The position numbers and the translations under genes were made by a program. Shown here piece by piece: positions 41,759 through 42,025 of a stretch of DNA of 42,025 bases. Source of the stretch: a virus; the IMG/VR virus record IMGVR_UViG_3300033127_000032, positions 1 through 42,025 of that record; one strand, 5' to 3'. Below the pieces are notes generated by a model, which saw only the letters and a program-made list of their open reading frames with translations, had not been told where the DNA came from and made no database searches. Each line of letters starts with the position of its first letter. Position 1 is the first letter of the stretch.

Positions 41759-42025
41759 TTATTGTTTAAATCTGTTTTTAATATAACCGTCTACCATATC
41801 CCTCCATTCAAATTCACCGTTTATATGTAGCTTATTTCTGTATTCCAAAACCTCATCTTTGGTTCCTAAATCCAAAGCATCAAAAAATTCATCTAATGTT
41901 TTATTTTTTACAATACTCACAGGTCCATTCAACATTTCTTGGAAGTCTGACCTTATTTTTGAAACAACCTCGTCTGGATGATAAGTAGTGTTAGAATTTT
42001 GTAGAATACTTGAAATTTTATTTGC
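41759..42025 (-). CDS. C-terminal part of the junction-spanning 168-aa ORF (see 1-295).
   Basis: The frame continues as ...YHPDEVVSKIRSDFQEMLNGPVSIVKNKTLDEFFDALDLGTKDEVLEYRNKLHINGEFEWRDMVDGYIKNRFKQ-stop (TAA at 41761-41759). Bases 56-295 plus 41759-42025 total 507 nt. Confidence 0.7.
   Translation of the reverse strand, partial: ANKISSILQNSNTTYHPDEVVSKIRSDFQEMLNGPVSIVKNKTLDEFFDALDLGTKDEVLEYRNKLHINGEFEWRDMVDGYIKNRFKQ
41971..42025. repeat. 55-bp exact direct repeat, copy 2.
   Basis: Identical to 1-55. Confidence 0.95.

Noticed and set aside
1-42025. Search for CRISPR arrays, tRNA/tmRNA genes, integrase/excisionase, reverse transcriptase (DGR/retron) and toxin-antitoxin pairs.
   Set aside because: I saw no regularly spaced repeat-spacer pattern, no cloverleaf candidates and no ORF with tyrosine/serine recombinase or YxDD reverse-transcriptase motifs. 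Absence judged by eye is not proof, and HMM or tRNAscan runs would settle it.

Overview
The window is a complete, circularly closed genome of a tailed dsDNA phage, about 41,970 bp. Bases 1-55 recur exactly at 41971-42025. It is very AT-rich by eye, and every credible gene (about 60 CDS) lies on the minus strand. All plus-strand ORFs in the track look like antisense artefacts.

Module order, read in the direction of transcription (descending coordinates):
- Late/structural operon, 41580 to 16435: portal-like, scaffold-like, major-capsid-like and head-tail proteins, tail assembly chaperones with a -1 frameshift, a 1121-aa tape measure, large tail/fibre proteins and a lysis cassette.
- Strong terminator, then the early/middle operons, 16262 to 3290: acidic protein plus XRE-type HTH, RecT plus YqaJ-type exonuclease, replication initiator, DnaB-like helicase, RusA-like resolvase, SSB, two cytosine-5-type DNA methyltransferases and many small unknown genes.
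- An array of hairpin terminators, then terS and terL.
- A small self-contained cassette that wraps across the window junction.

Several features suggest a Bacteroidota (Flavobacteriia-like) host: no Shine-Dalgarno sequences, TAnnTTTG -7 boxes, TTTG -33 boxes and N/K/I-rich proteins. This host call is inference. I saw no integrase, DNA polymerase, primase, tRNA or CRISPR array.

The most interesting signals:
- A conserved roughly 37-bp early promoter/leader box, with inverted copies bracketing two promoters. One inverted copy lies in the late-operon 3' UTR.
- An acr-aca-like immediate-early pair.
- An identical SSB-type DDDLPF tail on both SSB and the helicase.
- Three stem-loops with different stems but the same apical loop.
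- An ORF cassette flanked by inverted repeats, with a structured leader.
- Iteron-like repeats inside the initiator gene.
- Sec-signal and membrane proteins inserted in the tail module.
- A unimolecular-spanin-like lysis gene.
- Over-representation of CCTGCAGG/CTGCAGG.

All functional calls rest on motif recognition by eye. No database search was run.
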